Below, piece after piece: positions 1 through 12,700 of a DNA stretch of 64,000 nucleotides (the first letter of the stretch is position 1; each line of letters begins with the position of its first letter). A model generated the notes under the pieces. That model saw nothing but the letters and a program-made list of their open reading frames with translations, did not search any database and was not told the DNA's origin. Both the position numbers and the translations under genes were made by a program. This DNA comes from Phoronis australis (lineage: Eukaryota; Animalia; Phoronida), in NCBI GenBank assembly GCA_002633005.1, contig NMRA01000006.1:258544-322543 (forward strand), written 5' to 3'.

Positions 1-486
1 GTCAAAGTTAAGTAAAAAAAATCAGATACTGAAGCTTTCAAATGACGCATTTAGTTTTAACTAAATCATGACAAAACTTTTGAAATTGTAATTCAAAGTG
101 GGAGCATGTGCTTCAAGTGACCAGTTCAAGACACTCCAGAGAAGGGTACTCTTCATACTGCAACACAATTTAGTGACATAAGCATCCAAAGGAGATCTTT
201 TGTAGCTCCAAGTTATGAAAACTCCACAACAAGAAGCGAGATGCAGAACACGATTTCAAACATGCCGACTGGAGTCGAGAAACAGCTTGGTGAGTGAAGC
301 CAGTAATATCGCATGCGGAGAGGGAATACAACATAAGATGGCGGTGGTGGCGACACCAGCGGGGCGACTCACCAAGTTGGGTCGGTCATAGGATTGAGGC
401 GGCGGCAGCGGTGCAACGCCGCCCGCATCGGCGGGACGGAGCTGCAGGTAGTAGGAGTCAGAGAGAGGGTCACTGATCCCACTCAC

Positions 487-750
487 CATGCTAAACTGTT
501 CAAACTGCTGCTGGAGGGCAGGGGTGACTACGCCCGGCCCTGAGGCCTGGTGCGAGTAATGCCGCTGCTGCTGCTGCTGCTGTTGCTGCTGATGCTGCTG
601 CATGAAGAATGAGTCACTGAATGGGTTGCTGGTGCTGCCAGGCGGTGTCAGGCCCGGCGACTGCTGCGGTGAACACGGCGAGTGCTGCGAAAGAGGTGAG
701 GTTGGCGACTGGCATGGGTCGGTACCGTTGCGGTATTGTGTAATGGCACC
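487..750 (-). CDS. CRTC1: CRTC coding exon (QYR-QSPTSP, poly-Q, FEQFSM)
   Basis: ttccttgcag acceptor; [25 protein letters not shown]...[15 protein letters not shown]...[10 protein letters not shown]; donor ATG|GTGAGT; 264 nt. Compare vertebrate QQYR..NQSPTSP..QLEQFNM. Confidence 0.93.
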
Positions 751-3700
751 CTGCAAGGAAACAGGAAGTAAGAACCTCGTGACAAGTACCACAATCGAGA
801 TAACAAGAATAACGAGCGTGACCATTTTACAGTTTCTGAGAGTGCGAGAATTGCACAGTACATCAAGTGGGATCCAACTGGGTAAAATGCGATTCACTAC
901 ACATCCTGACAACAAAATTGCAAGGAAAACGTTCTCATTAGAATTGGTGTGGGAAATCGTCAGACGAAACAACAAAATAAACCAGACGCTTTGAATGGCT
1001 AAACATTCAAATACAACAGCGTCCCAACCGTGGTAAGCATGGATATACTGGGAGGAGGAGCCTGCTCAGAATGATTGACAAACTATATAATGGTCATGCG
1101 CAAAAGCTGACGAAGAACATCATTAGTTGAAGGGGAAATCTTAGCACAAGTGCAAGAGAAACAAAATGTATTTTTCTATAACTAACACTTGAATTATCAT
1201 TTGAGGAGATTTAATTAAGTGGCTAGGAACCAAATTCCGTCCTAAAAATTTATCTTTAATCTGGACCACTTACTGCTATGAAATTGGTCTTTTAAAATTG
1301 TTCCTCGCTTATATCAGAAACAATCGACAGGTCGTTGCCGAGACCACATTCTACGAGTTTGCTCATCACGATGAACAATTTTATGCAACAACTACAGTCT
1401 AAAGCAAAAAAAACAAGTCAGTTTTGAAAGCCAAAAATACGCTACTTCACCAAAGTAAGGAGCAAGTCGAGATCATAAACATCAGCACGGAGCGACCGCG
1501 GTTTACATTTACCTATCCTGTATTCCAACATAATTACTATGCGAAAGGTGGGAAACCCCTCACTCATCGAAAAAGGCCTGGCAGATCACGCCCAAACGTC
1601 TGCATCTAACTGAACCGTCTTTAAGTAAGTGATTATTTCTTATTCCTATGCCTCTAGAGACCAATAACCAACTTATTCTCCGGAATTCGAGATCAGTTTC
1701 ACAGCGACAAGTGGTCTAAATCAAAGTCAGCATATTTGACGGAACCATAATAGATACTTAAAAGTTACTGAACTCCAGTTTAGTGAATAAGAAACTTAAT
1801 GCTCAGTTTACAGGCATGAATTTACTCGAATGCGGATACACTGAACCGAATCACGATCACAATCAGAGTACAAAAAATACCCAGCCATGTGTCATTCCGT
1901 TCTCTAACAATAATCACAAGGAAAACAGAGGTCACAAGACCGTAGACGTTTGCCAGACTTTCCTTTGCCGTGTGAAAAAAGATGTGTTCGTTGAAAGAAC
2001 TCAAACCTTGAGAAAACTCGTAAAATGTTGAGTAGTTTCAATTCTGAAGAGTTCAAGACAAATGAAAAATGGTAAAAAATTCTCCAACCGAGACTTGAAC
2101 CCAGGATCTTCCGCTAACTGTGCACACTCAAAAGTGTTGGACATGGTACGGTAATACCAGTCATGAGTTGACAATATACTACAAGATCTCAACAATTTCG
2201 GACAAAAATAGAAACAAAATATTTTTTCTCATTTTTCAAGGGCTTCTAACAATGTTGCAGCTCCTGCAATGGTGGTAGTCATGGTAACACGATTTGAACA
2301 CAGGAAGGCATTAATTTGGTGCCACATCTTTTTGGAAAAACGAAAACATATAATTGCTCGTTGTCTGTAGTGCGTCCTAAATTGGCGAGATGTTACTTTA
2401 GGTTAGTACTTTACACAGTATGTCTGTCATGGCTATGTCAAAGTGAAGAAGTTATCTGTTAGATATTTTTATGGACAGAGATAAGAATGTAATATGACAG
2501 TTTTAAAGGTCAAGACACATGTCTGGCGAAGGATTTAGATGAAACCTCTGATACTTCAAAGATTTTCAGAGCACCCGACATTTCAATACCACGCGACCGC
2601 AAACCAAGTCAAATCCTACACCGTCAGAGGTTACTCCCCAAAAATGGCCTCCCGAGTGCAGAACGATGACCTACCTGAGAATTTGTTAAATTGTTTAAAA
2701 GTGGATTCTTCTGCTGTTGTGTTAGCTGCCGGTGTTTCTGCCGATACAACTGATAGCGTTGTTGTAACGGGTTGGCCAGGCCGGAGCCCTGTGGTGCGAG
2801 AGACAACGTACATGCGGTCAACACACACACAAACAACAACCATGTCAACAGTCAACAACAGCAATAACAACACCAACAAAAACAACGACAATGTTAATGT
2901 TGAGAACTGAAGGCTCATATGCCGAGTAGCACTGATAGACAAGAGAACTGTGTCTGAATCGGTAACAATTCTTCAATTTGCTGAGAAATTTGAGAAAATG
3001 AAATTTCACCTGCCCGCCGTACTGCGTTCCAAACTGAAGAAATTTTACCGTAAAGTTGTTTTATCAGGAGGCACGACAATGCTGCACTAGTATAATGTAA
3101 TTTAAGGGTCTTTAAATGAATTCATGTCTTACATTTCTATGAATCCACCTGTCAGTGAATGGTATGGTCAAGATGTATACCTAGGCCTCAAAAGCCCGGT
3201 TGCTAGCTGGGCAACTGAGTCAGAAAACAAAGTTGCCACGCCAGTGTTAGGTCACTCAGTTTTTTGATATAGCGCGCTTTTCAGGACTCAAAACCCCTGT
3301 CCGGCATATACAGAGCCAACAAACTTGTTGCCAAATATGGGTCAGAAATCATTCATTTATTGAGATTTTGCCCACTATTCGGCAGCCTTATAAAATTGAG
3401 AATTCCTATTTAACCTCACAAAAAGAATGCGCTTTTTACATGCTGAGATTCCTGAGCAATGCTGACGATATGTCGATCTTAACCCTAACCTAAATTGTAA
3501 AAAAGGTCTGTGGACCGACGCTTTGGCTGAGGGTAGGCGTGGCGTAAGGCAAGGTTGAATAAACATGTTTATTTTACCTTCCTGACCAAAGAAAAAGCGC
3601 TGAGCCAATACTTCTTATAATACAAATTTCAATGCGGGAAGTATTTGCAGAGAACGGAACGTTGTCGCTGAATTAGTTATTGGCAATTTTAGCCAATCAC

Positions 3701-6700
3701 AAAGTCCAAATTCTTTGTGACATAACAAGTTGATCTATATATGGCATACATAGAAAAATAGGTCATTTCACGTGACCAGTCACTATGACCTTCTGAAACT
3801 TTGGAGCGGAGAAAACACGGGTTTTCAAAATCGCATTAAAATGGATTGTTTTGAAAATGAACTTGTTGCGGCACAGAATGAAAGATGGTGGCTGTCTATG
3901 GTCCATGTAAGCTTCATTTCTAACCACACCACTGTGTTGGCAATTTACTTACCAGAATGACATTGCCATGTCTGGGATTCAGACATAACGGCAAGCTCCA
4001 CTATAAGTTAAGTTTCCACGCCTCAAACATTTTGAAAATAGCTGGTACAAAATTAATTTCAAACGACGCTTCAAAAACGTGCTAACGGTCTGTTAGAAAG
4101 GAGGTTAAAACCCCAATAACACCACCACGGATGTGACGATTTATTTCTTTGAACTCCGCACAGGAAAGCAATAAAGTGCCTACTCTCCGCCCAGGCAACT
4201 AGCTATTAAACTTCTACTCGCCCAGCGCCACTTAAGTCACATTGGCGACTGGGCAAGTGGCCAAGAATATCCTTGTACGATATAATATTTAATGGCTATA
4301 AGAATTCACATTAATGGTTGACAGAATTATTTCCCATGCGAGGTTTATCATCAATCACGGTAATTCATATGATTTCTTATCACTCAGCAATGGTTAATGT
4401 TGAAAAGAGAGGTTTTCCATGAATTATGATCAGGTTGATATGAATTCGCATCAACAAAATTTCGATGTATTTCTGGAATGTAAGCGTAAGCATGCAGCCA
4501 CAGAAGATTACATGGATGTTCAGGTTAAAGATTTTTTTCACTGTCATTAGTATAACTCGGCATATGGACCTTTAACTAAGGGTTAACACAGTGATGTGCC
4601 CGGAAACAATAGATCACGATTCACTCAGGGGTAGGGATGTCACATGACTACACCAACTCGTATGAACAGTGGCGAGAGCTGGAGTTTTGTACGATGCTGC
4701 CATCTCGTGGACACTTAGCATATCTCGACTCAAAAGCTGAATCTTCCTGCGTTAAGCTTAATACTCCAACATGGCTAAACACCCTCTCTCGAGTTTTAAA
4801 AATTTCACTTTTTAACGTCCGTCCACCAATTCCCAGCTTCACAATGCCCTCTGATGCGACCCAACAGATCTCGTAAGCAATGTTTGCAGCAACATACATG
4901 TAGAAACAGGTCAAACATGTTAATACAAGTTTTCTGTAGCGATCCTTTTTCAAAACTTAAGACATCAAATCCAAATGATACCATTCTATCCATTACACAT
5001 AGCTAATGATCACCGGGACTTGATAATGTCAGCTAATCACTCATCACATAGGTAATGACCACTTGATCCTGATGACGTCGGCTAATTGTCCACAAACAAT
5101 GACAAAAAAGAATCGAAACATTCAGAAAGCTGAGGCAAAACAAAATTCCACTTTTTCGTCACGGTGTATCTCCCCTCGGCTGAACAGTCTTTAATGTATT
5201 TCAAGTTATTAGTGCGTGATATTCTATGACATTTTAATTGTGAAACTTAATAATGTTAAGCCGAAGTTACTAGAAAGTTACACCACGACCTTGGCAAAAA
5301 TTGCACAGAACAGCATGCAAAAGTAAGTACAAACAAGTCATTTCACATGAATGTATTGAGGTGTTTCGAAGAGAACAGCCCGATCAGAAATTACCCATCT
5401 CAAAATTGCACCTGTAGCCCTTTACTAGCACACGAAGCATACACATGACGAGTCAGAATTCGAAGAGTTCGGGATAACGTGGAACCGCAATTTTCCCCGT
5501 CACGACGGCTGAGAGCTGTCATCATAGAACAGTCCATCATGACAGGAATGACAATTGGGTTTCATCGCAATGAATTTCCCATCACCATAGGTGGGATGCA
5601 CGAGGACTTTATAGATTAATTTTATAGCCATATCAACAATTCACCGCGACCGTTATTAGTCCAGCAGAAACACTATTCTATCATTTGGTTTTAGCGCAGA
5701 TGACGCATTCCCGGCCTTTTTCGCTGCAAACTGTTTTAGCCGTCATGACGAGTGGAAACAGTACGTTGTCAGATTTCTTTTGGCACATTTAAAAAAACAG
5801 CCATTGAAAGCTGATAACCCATTAAACAATTAGCACCACTTCCCCAGTGTCTCTAGTTGCCCGTGTGAAGCGCGACATTTTCAAACTACGTTCATCATTT
5901 CCAAAACCCTGCACAACTCGCTGAACGGAAAAGCGTCAAAACAAAATCAGAATCCATGCCAAGTGATATTTTCAATGATTGTGCTTCATCATTCGCTCAA
6001 CAACAAACATTCTTTGAGATTACATGGACGATTACAATGGTTACTTCAACTAAACTGATACAACATTGTACCACAAATGGTGAAACTACAGAACAGGGCA
6101 AAAGCAATCAGACAAAATACGATTTCTCCCATCGTGACAGTTATTCTATCTACTCTAATGGCGAATTGCCCAATCGCAAGCTCTGCCACCTTGCAAATCG
6201 ACAAACAAACAATAAGTTTTACATGGCAACGTGTTGTTTGTTGGGCAAAATGGCAGCTTGGAAACGAAGAAGTGTCAAGAATGGTGCGTTCTGATTAGTC
6301 ACTTATGGCGTCACTCAAAGTACTGGCAGTAGATCAATTAAGCTTGAACTCACCCATCGCAACACGGAATTCCGTTTGCTCTCAGCTGCCATAGTGGGGA
6401 ATTCTGGGTCATTTTGTCTGATTATTTTTAGCATTTACTATAAATTTAACCAAATATTAAATAAACATGTGCCTGCACTTATTGTTTATGCAAACGGGAG
6501 AAACCAACCCGTGTCAGTTAACTCATATTGGAGTTAGGAGTTAGTGAACATGCGAGTCCTTCAGAGACTGACTAAAAGTACTACTGTTGGCATGATTGGA
6601 TACAGGCTCTATCTACACACAAATTATGAACTACTACATTGAGGCACGTCACCTTGTCGAGTACACAAGATTTAGAAGTTGGTGTAGCTGACAGTATTTG

Positions 6701-9700
6701 ACGCGATGCGGAACGGTTGGTTGCCTGGGGTGACCAAAATAAGTGGCATTTTTTAATGTTGTGAATCCGCAACCTTGGTAACCATTGAAAGCCAAGCAAC
6801 TCTGTATTGCGTGGCAAATCTAAATCCTACTTTTGAATAGCCAGAGCGCTAATTAGAAATGCTCGATATTTTGGCCACGCTATATTCAGTGAAGCACTGC
6901 TTCAACTCTGGTCAATATCCAAGTCCAATGCCAGCAGACTTAGGACATGAGTAATGCTAAAGAATAAATGTTCCATAGAATGTCTGAACAAAAGCTGAAC
7001 ATTCTTAGTGTGATCTCTTTGAAGCTCACATAGAACTACCTACAGATTTAATGCCGGCATTTATGAATAGTCTCACCTTGACACAATACAATTACAAGGT
7101 GACGTGCACTTAACATCTACTGCATACTGTATGCTGACTGTCGAGACTCACCGGAAGATTGTGGCGGAGGTGTGTGGGGCTCCCTAACACCAGTGGACTG
7201 GGACTGACGTGGGGCCGCCGCCTCGACGGGCTCTGTGGCACGGGAATGCCCATCCCGCCGACCATGGGGTGAGGCGAAGTGGGCGAGAGACTGGCCGAGT
7301 TGCCCTGGGGGTAAGACGACGTGGATGACTGGTGCTCCTCCAGGTCGAGTGGTGTAGACAGGGGCGAGGGGAACTGGAGGATGGTGAGGTCGGGCAGGGA
7401 CCCCGTGTTACTGGACATGGGTATGTTGTTGGTCAGGTGATGGGACGTGTCTGTGTCCACCGTGGGGTAGATACTGAAACGCAGAGAGATGTGTCGAGAC
7501 GTGCCAATGTTAACAGAGTGACAGGCTATTGAGATGTGTGCAGAGGGGTCAGGCTGTCATGGAGCATTACTATCGAGTATTCAATCACAGAAACAATCGT
7601 TAAACAGCAATTGGTCCCTAATACATCCGTGTAAAATTTCAAGAGTCACTTTTTTAGTAATTAAAGCAAATCGTAAAAAAGAATTTCACCTAACTGCAAT
7701 CAGATGTCGCTCTATGCACTTGTCTTGAAACACTGTTCTCCCTTGGAAAAAGTGGTTCATTGCAACAAAGGCTGCTGTGTGTGTGTGTGGCTTATACACA
7801 TAAACAACATTATCTTTCCAATTCTGGCTTTGGATACAGTGTTCAGGTGTGAAACATATCTTCAATCTACATTACTATGACACTAAGGACTACAGATTTA
7901 CACACATATGTACAACTGAATTGAACAGCCAGGGTATTTTTGAACAGAAACGAGCACAGCCAGATGCATGGGTGCGTCGGTAACTTTTTGATCAGATGAG
8001 TATTCACTCGCAGAGAACTTTAAATCAGTTGTGCTAAACTATGGCAACAATTTTGTAACTTAATACATACAAATCTCAAAGTGACATTATCAACAACAGA
8101 AAGTGGTTTTCTGAGATCAGCACTGGAGAAAAATCGAATTCACAAACTCAGGGGATACAATCTTAACACTCCTAGCCGAGCTAAGACCTTGCTTGACGAA
8201 TGGCCGAGTAGTTCAAGCACATTTGTCTGGTAAACTCCTCAGCCTTGATTTCAGGTAATGGCTGGCAGACAACAGCAGATTTATAATACTAACACAAAAA
8301 CACAACAGATTTTCTTGTATTATAGCCCTGGCCAACGATAACAACTTAAAGAAATTCATCCCATTCAACAATAATCCTAGAAATGCACTTTTCCGCCATC
8401 AAACCGATCATGTCTCCTTAAGGCAATAGCAGACGAGATGGTTCTCAAAATGTTTCTTCTCACTGCACCACTCACCTAATACCAGGCACTTCACCACAGG
8501 ACTTGGGTCGAGAGTGCAGCTGAAAGAAAATGAAGTGAGAGTTGTGAAGATTCCACGCTTCCGGGGTAGAAATGTAAGAGGAGGCAACCAGCCATAGTGG
8601 TAAAGCAAACGATCAAAAGACAACACTAGATGTCACGGCTAAACCTCTCAGCCAGGTCAGTAGCTCTTAGACTCGCATTTTCAAATTTTCTGTTATGTAT
8701 GCACATCCTATCCTAACCATTTCTTTTAAACTTGAACTCCTGTGGTTGTGAAGTGTACACACGTCAGGTAATTTCCGTTAATCAAAAGTTATCATAAAAG
8801 ACTTTTTATATGAATTCATCATACACAGTTTAGCATCGATCGTGATTTCTTATCATTCATTCATTGAACAATGATGATCGCATGAGATTTTCCATGAATA
8901 ACGCTATGGCAGACGATCAGGCTGATGATCATTTATCATGAGCCTGGTGTGAATGTATAGTAGCCAAATGGGGAGGGGGATAATTATCACTTAACTGGAA
9001 TGACATCTTATAACATTATGAAAGTCCAACCAATATAAAGAGGTGTTTCTTTCAAGCACGATAACTTGAACGCTAACAATAAACCAGCTCAGTCAATCGC
9101 ACACCATGTTTTCAAACCATGACCGAAAATTAATACCATGCATAAAAAAGTCATTCACATTTGTTACAGTTAAGTCAGCTGCTTTTATCCTCAGACATGA
9201 ACTAGTCAGGAAAGAAACCTGGCATAACACAGTGAAAGCCAAAATGACCCCGAACTCCCCCGTCATGACGGCTGGGTGGAAGCCAAATTCACCGTCAGAG
9301 TAGTCTCCCCTGATGACCGTCAGAGTAGTCTCCCCTGATGACCGTCAGAGCAGTCTCCCCTGATGACCGTCAGAGTAGTCTCCCCTGATGACCAAGAATG
9401 AAGAGGAATTAACATAAAAGTAAATGTGGTGGCTAAGCCACTCTGTAATTTTAATTTCACTGCCCTAATAGTTGTCACCAGTCCTTATTGCAGTTATCAC
9501 GATTAGCCGTTATGACAGGGAAAGGGGTTTTTTGTCCGATTACCAATGTCTAGTAGTTATTCTTAAAACAAAAAAGTAACTGAGCCAGCAAGACCAGTCA
9601 CTTACTCGACATATTCAATTTCATGAACTCATCGTGTTTTACTTTTTATCATCACTGAGCTCAATGCCGTGTGTAATTAGATTCGTGCCAGCTGTATTTC

Positions 9701-12700
9701 TTTCTATATTCAAAGGCGCTATGTGTACTCTTAATAAAAATCAATATGTAGCCTAGGGTATCCCAAAAATACAAACAGAAGTTTTTTTTTCCTTCGCAGA
9801 ATGAAGAAATGGATCAAATTGCCGAAATTGACAAGCGGGAGAATGCGGAACGTTACACTGGCATAAACTGGAAATTGTACTCTTTTGGACATCTTAACTG
9901 AAACTGAGATTAAACATTCAGAGCCCTGTTGCATGAAACGGTCCCAAACAGGGACTCAACTATGCTCCCTAAACCTACAACGTATTGGTGGACTTGTGAA
10001 AACACTGATTGACCTTTCTTATGCTGTTTTAGTTTTATTACGAAGTCAACTTTTGGTTTTGATACAAATCGAGAGTGACCTCGTCGTTTAATTAGCAATA
10101 TTATCGAAATGCATAAGGATCTTTTCATGCAAACCTTCCTAACTTAAAGATTAAGTGCCTATCTATTTTCATTGAATTCAGGGCTCAATTTTAGTTGCAT
10201 TGTTAGAAAATGTCATTAATCAAAAGGTGCTCATAAAAAAGATGAAACAAGAGAAAAAGACAACATCTGTGAAAAAAGACAGAAACAAATACGGCTCTTA
10301 GTCCAGTCCCTATTTGGGACTGATTCGTGCAACTGAGCACTGGGGGCTATAAAAATGTGTATTGCCTTCATGGTCCAGAAGGCTGAAGGGGCCATAAACC
10401 CCATTATGAAATTGGTCTCAAAACTGTCCCTTAATGAAAGTGGAGTTGATTTCTGTGCTTGGAAAGAACTGGTGGTTTGTTATTGCTCGAGACCACAGGG
10501 GCGGATCAAGGATTTTTTGAAAAGGGGGTCCCAGTCAAGAATTTGAAAATTCTAGATATGACATCACTAAAATCAAGGGAAACAAGGAGGGGGGTCCGGA
10601 CCCTCTTGACCCTCCCTGGATTCGCCTATGGACCAGGTTCTACAAGTTGACTTGTCACGGCACATCGTCTTATGCATGGTCTCAAAATATAACGAACTGT
10701 CAGTTCTCTGCAAACTCATCACAGCATGGAAAAGACCAAGACCACTTTCGAAACGCTAAGTGGTCTAAATGAAGTTCGTTTCTTTGATGGAATGCCGCTA
10801 TAAGAAAAACGTTCAAGTCAAACTGACATAAAACTCTTGGTTATACTCATGGTGCCACCAGGTGGCATCATGTCGCAACACAAACTAAAGCACATTGAAA
10901 AAGAATGATTCGATATGACCTCGGGACAAACATTGATTTTATGACAGAATATTCAAAATTCATGTTGCATTTTTAGGGACATCCTGCTTAAATATAAGAC
11001 AGAAACGGTAAAACGGCGTAGCTCTTCCCTCGAGGTCAATAACCAATGACAAGTCTCAAGTTTCTGCCTTCTGTTAGGGAGAAGCATCCCCAATTAATTT
11101 TTGTGGCCAATTATTGCATCTTTCGCTACGTTACTGCTACAATGCTAGACTACATAGAGAACGAGTCATAGATTGCAAGTAAAATACTCTTATGCGAAAT
11201 GGAGTACCTTCTGTGAATTCATCATCTTTTCAAACTCTTGTAAATTTACTGTTGGCTTTGTATTCTGAAATGAAACAAAACTGCAATCAACACTCACTGT
11301 CCAACTCAACACACTCAGCTACCAGACACATTAATCTGCTAAAAACACATCTCCAGTTAAAAAAAAAACTTATGATACACAACACTTTGCCATTATAATT
11401 TTTTTTTTGTATCATACTCAGATTTAGAAAAGACTTCTTGTCTTGGAAGAGCTGGCAGTAAGTTATCGATCGAATGCAGGCTCAGTTGGCTTGTGCCCAT
11501 GTGTCAGTTTATGTGTCAAGCACGGAGCGTCAAGAAACAGTAATGATCTATCAGCTGTTACCAAGCACAGAAATCACTTCTTATGTGTGAGGAACAAAAT
11601 ACAACCAGTTCAGCAACAGTGGGTGATCACAAACATTTTAAGTCTGGTCTGCACACCACTTGTTGGCCACATCACGTGACCTAACGAACGAAAGTCTCAA
11701 AAGATTTCTGCCCCCGACCGGGACTCGAACCCACGACCTTCTGTTAACCATGCAGCCGCTCTAGTCAGTGAGCCATCGGGACCACTGGTCAAACACAGAA
11801 ATCCAATCGGACTTAGCAATGGGCATCCCACCTAGCCGGTTCTAGATTTACATATTTATAAACAGTGAAGGATCAGAATCAAATGTTAACCTTTTTGGGT
11901 ACATGGTAGGTGCAAGGCGGCTGTAACAACCGAACATCAAGAGAGATTATGAGGGAACGCAACACGTTTTCCGAGTTTCCATTCCAGTGGACAAGAAAAG
12001 GAACGCAACCTACATAAATCAGAACCCATACGGTAAAGCTCTGTTGTCTCAGATACAGGTGCTGAAATGCAGGTAAACCATAATGCACTGCGTCTTACTT
12101 TTTTCGAGTCCCAGTAGGGTTTGTATTGATGGTGGCCCGTTGGCGTCATGCTGCCGTCGTTGGCAACTTCTGTGACTGCAAGAACACCAGAAGACCAGAC
12201 GTCACAAACTAAAGAATTACAGCAAAAACAACACTGGCTAAAGTTTTACAAGAACAACGTTTACCTCAACTTTCATTATCATTATGCCAATGAAGATTTA
12301 TTTAACATTATTCAACTATTCATCTTCGTCAAAGTCTGCGCCCATTCACCCCAGGTGGTCATCGCATGGTGACACCCCCTCCCCATTACGGTGTTCTTGC
12401 CCTCTTCGCTGCCATCGCCACAAAATAAATATCAAAATTAACCCTCTGTATCCTCACTCCCAGCATGCATACATGACCAATTAGTAACCTAAATCCTAAG
12501 ACGACCGTCTGCACTCTGCGTGCCAAAAACCCACTCACCTCGCCTCGGCGTCTGTGGAGAATTGTGGGAATATGTGGGCTGTGGTGGGCCCATGGCACTT
12601 GTGTGTAAAGCTGAGTCTGAGCTCACCCTGGCAGAGAAAATGTGAACTATACAGCAGGTGACATACGAGGAACATGAGAGACATCTAAACTCAATGGGAA

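Noticed and set aside
256-975. 239-aa ORF as a single-exon gene
   Set aside because: Only 487-750 (possibly to 373) is bounded by splice signals and CRTC-like; the rest is intron read-through.
6354-6417. AG...GTGAGT-bounded segment as extra CRTC exon
   Set aside because: Stop codon in the required phase-0 frame and length not a multiple of three.
6653-6687. 35-nt AG/GT-bounded segment as CRTC exon
   Set aside because: Weak donor and would frameshift between two phase-0 exons.
9291-9393. 25-bp direct repeats as a CRISPR array
   Set aside because: Units are head-to-tail with no spacers, in a eukaryotic intron, no cas genes.
11709-11783. Functional tRNA gene
   Set aside because: Anticodon arm does not pair, acceptor and T stems have mismatches, and it belongs to a diverged multi-copy repeat.
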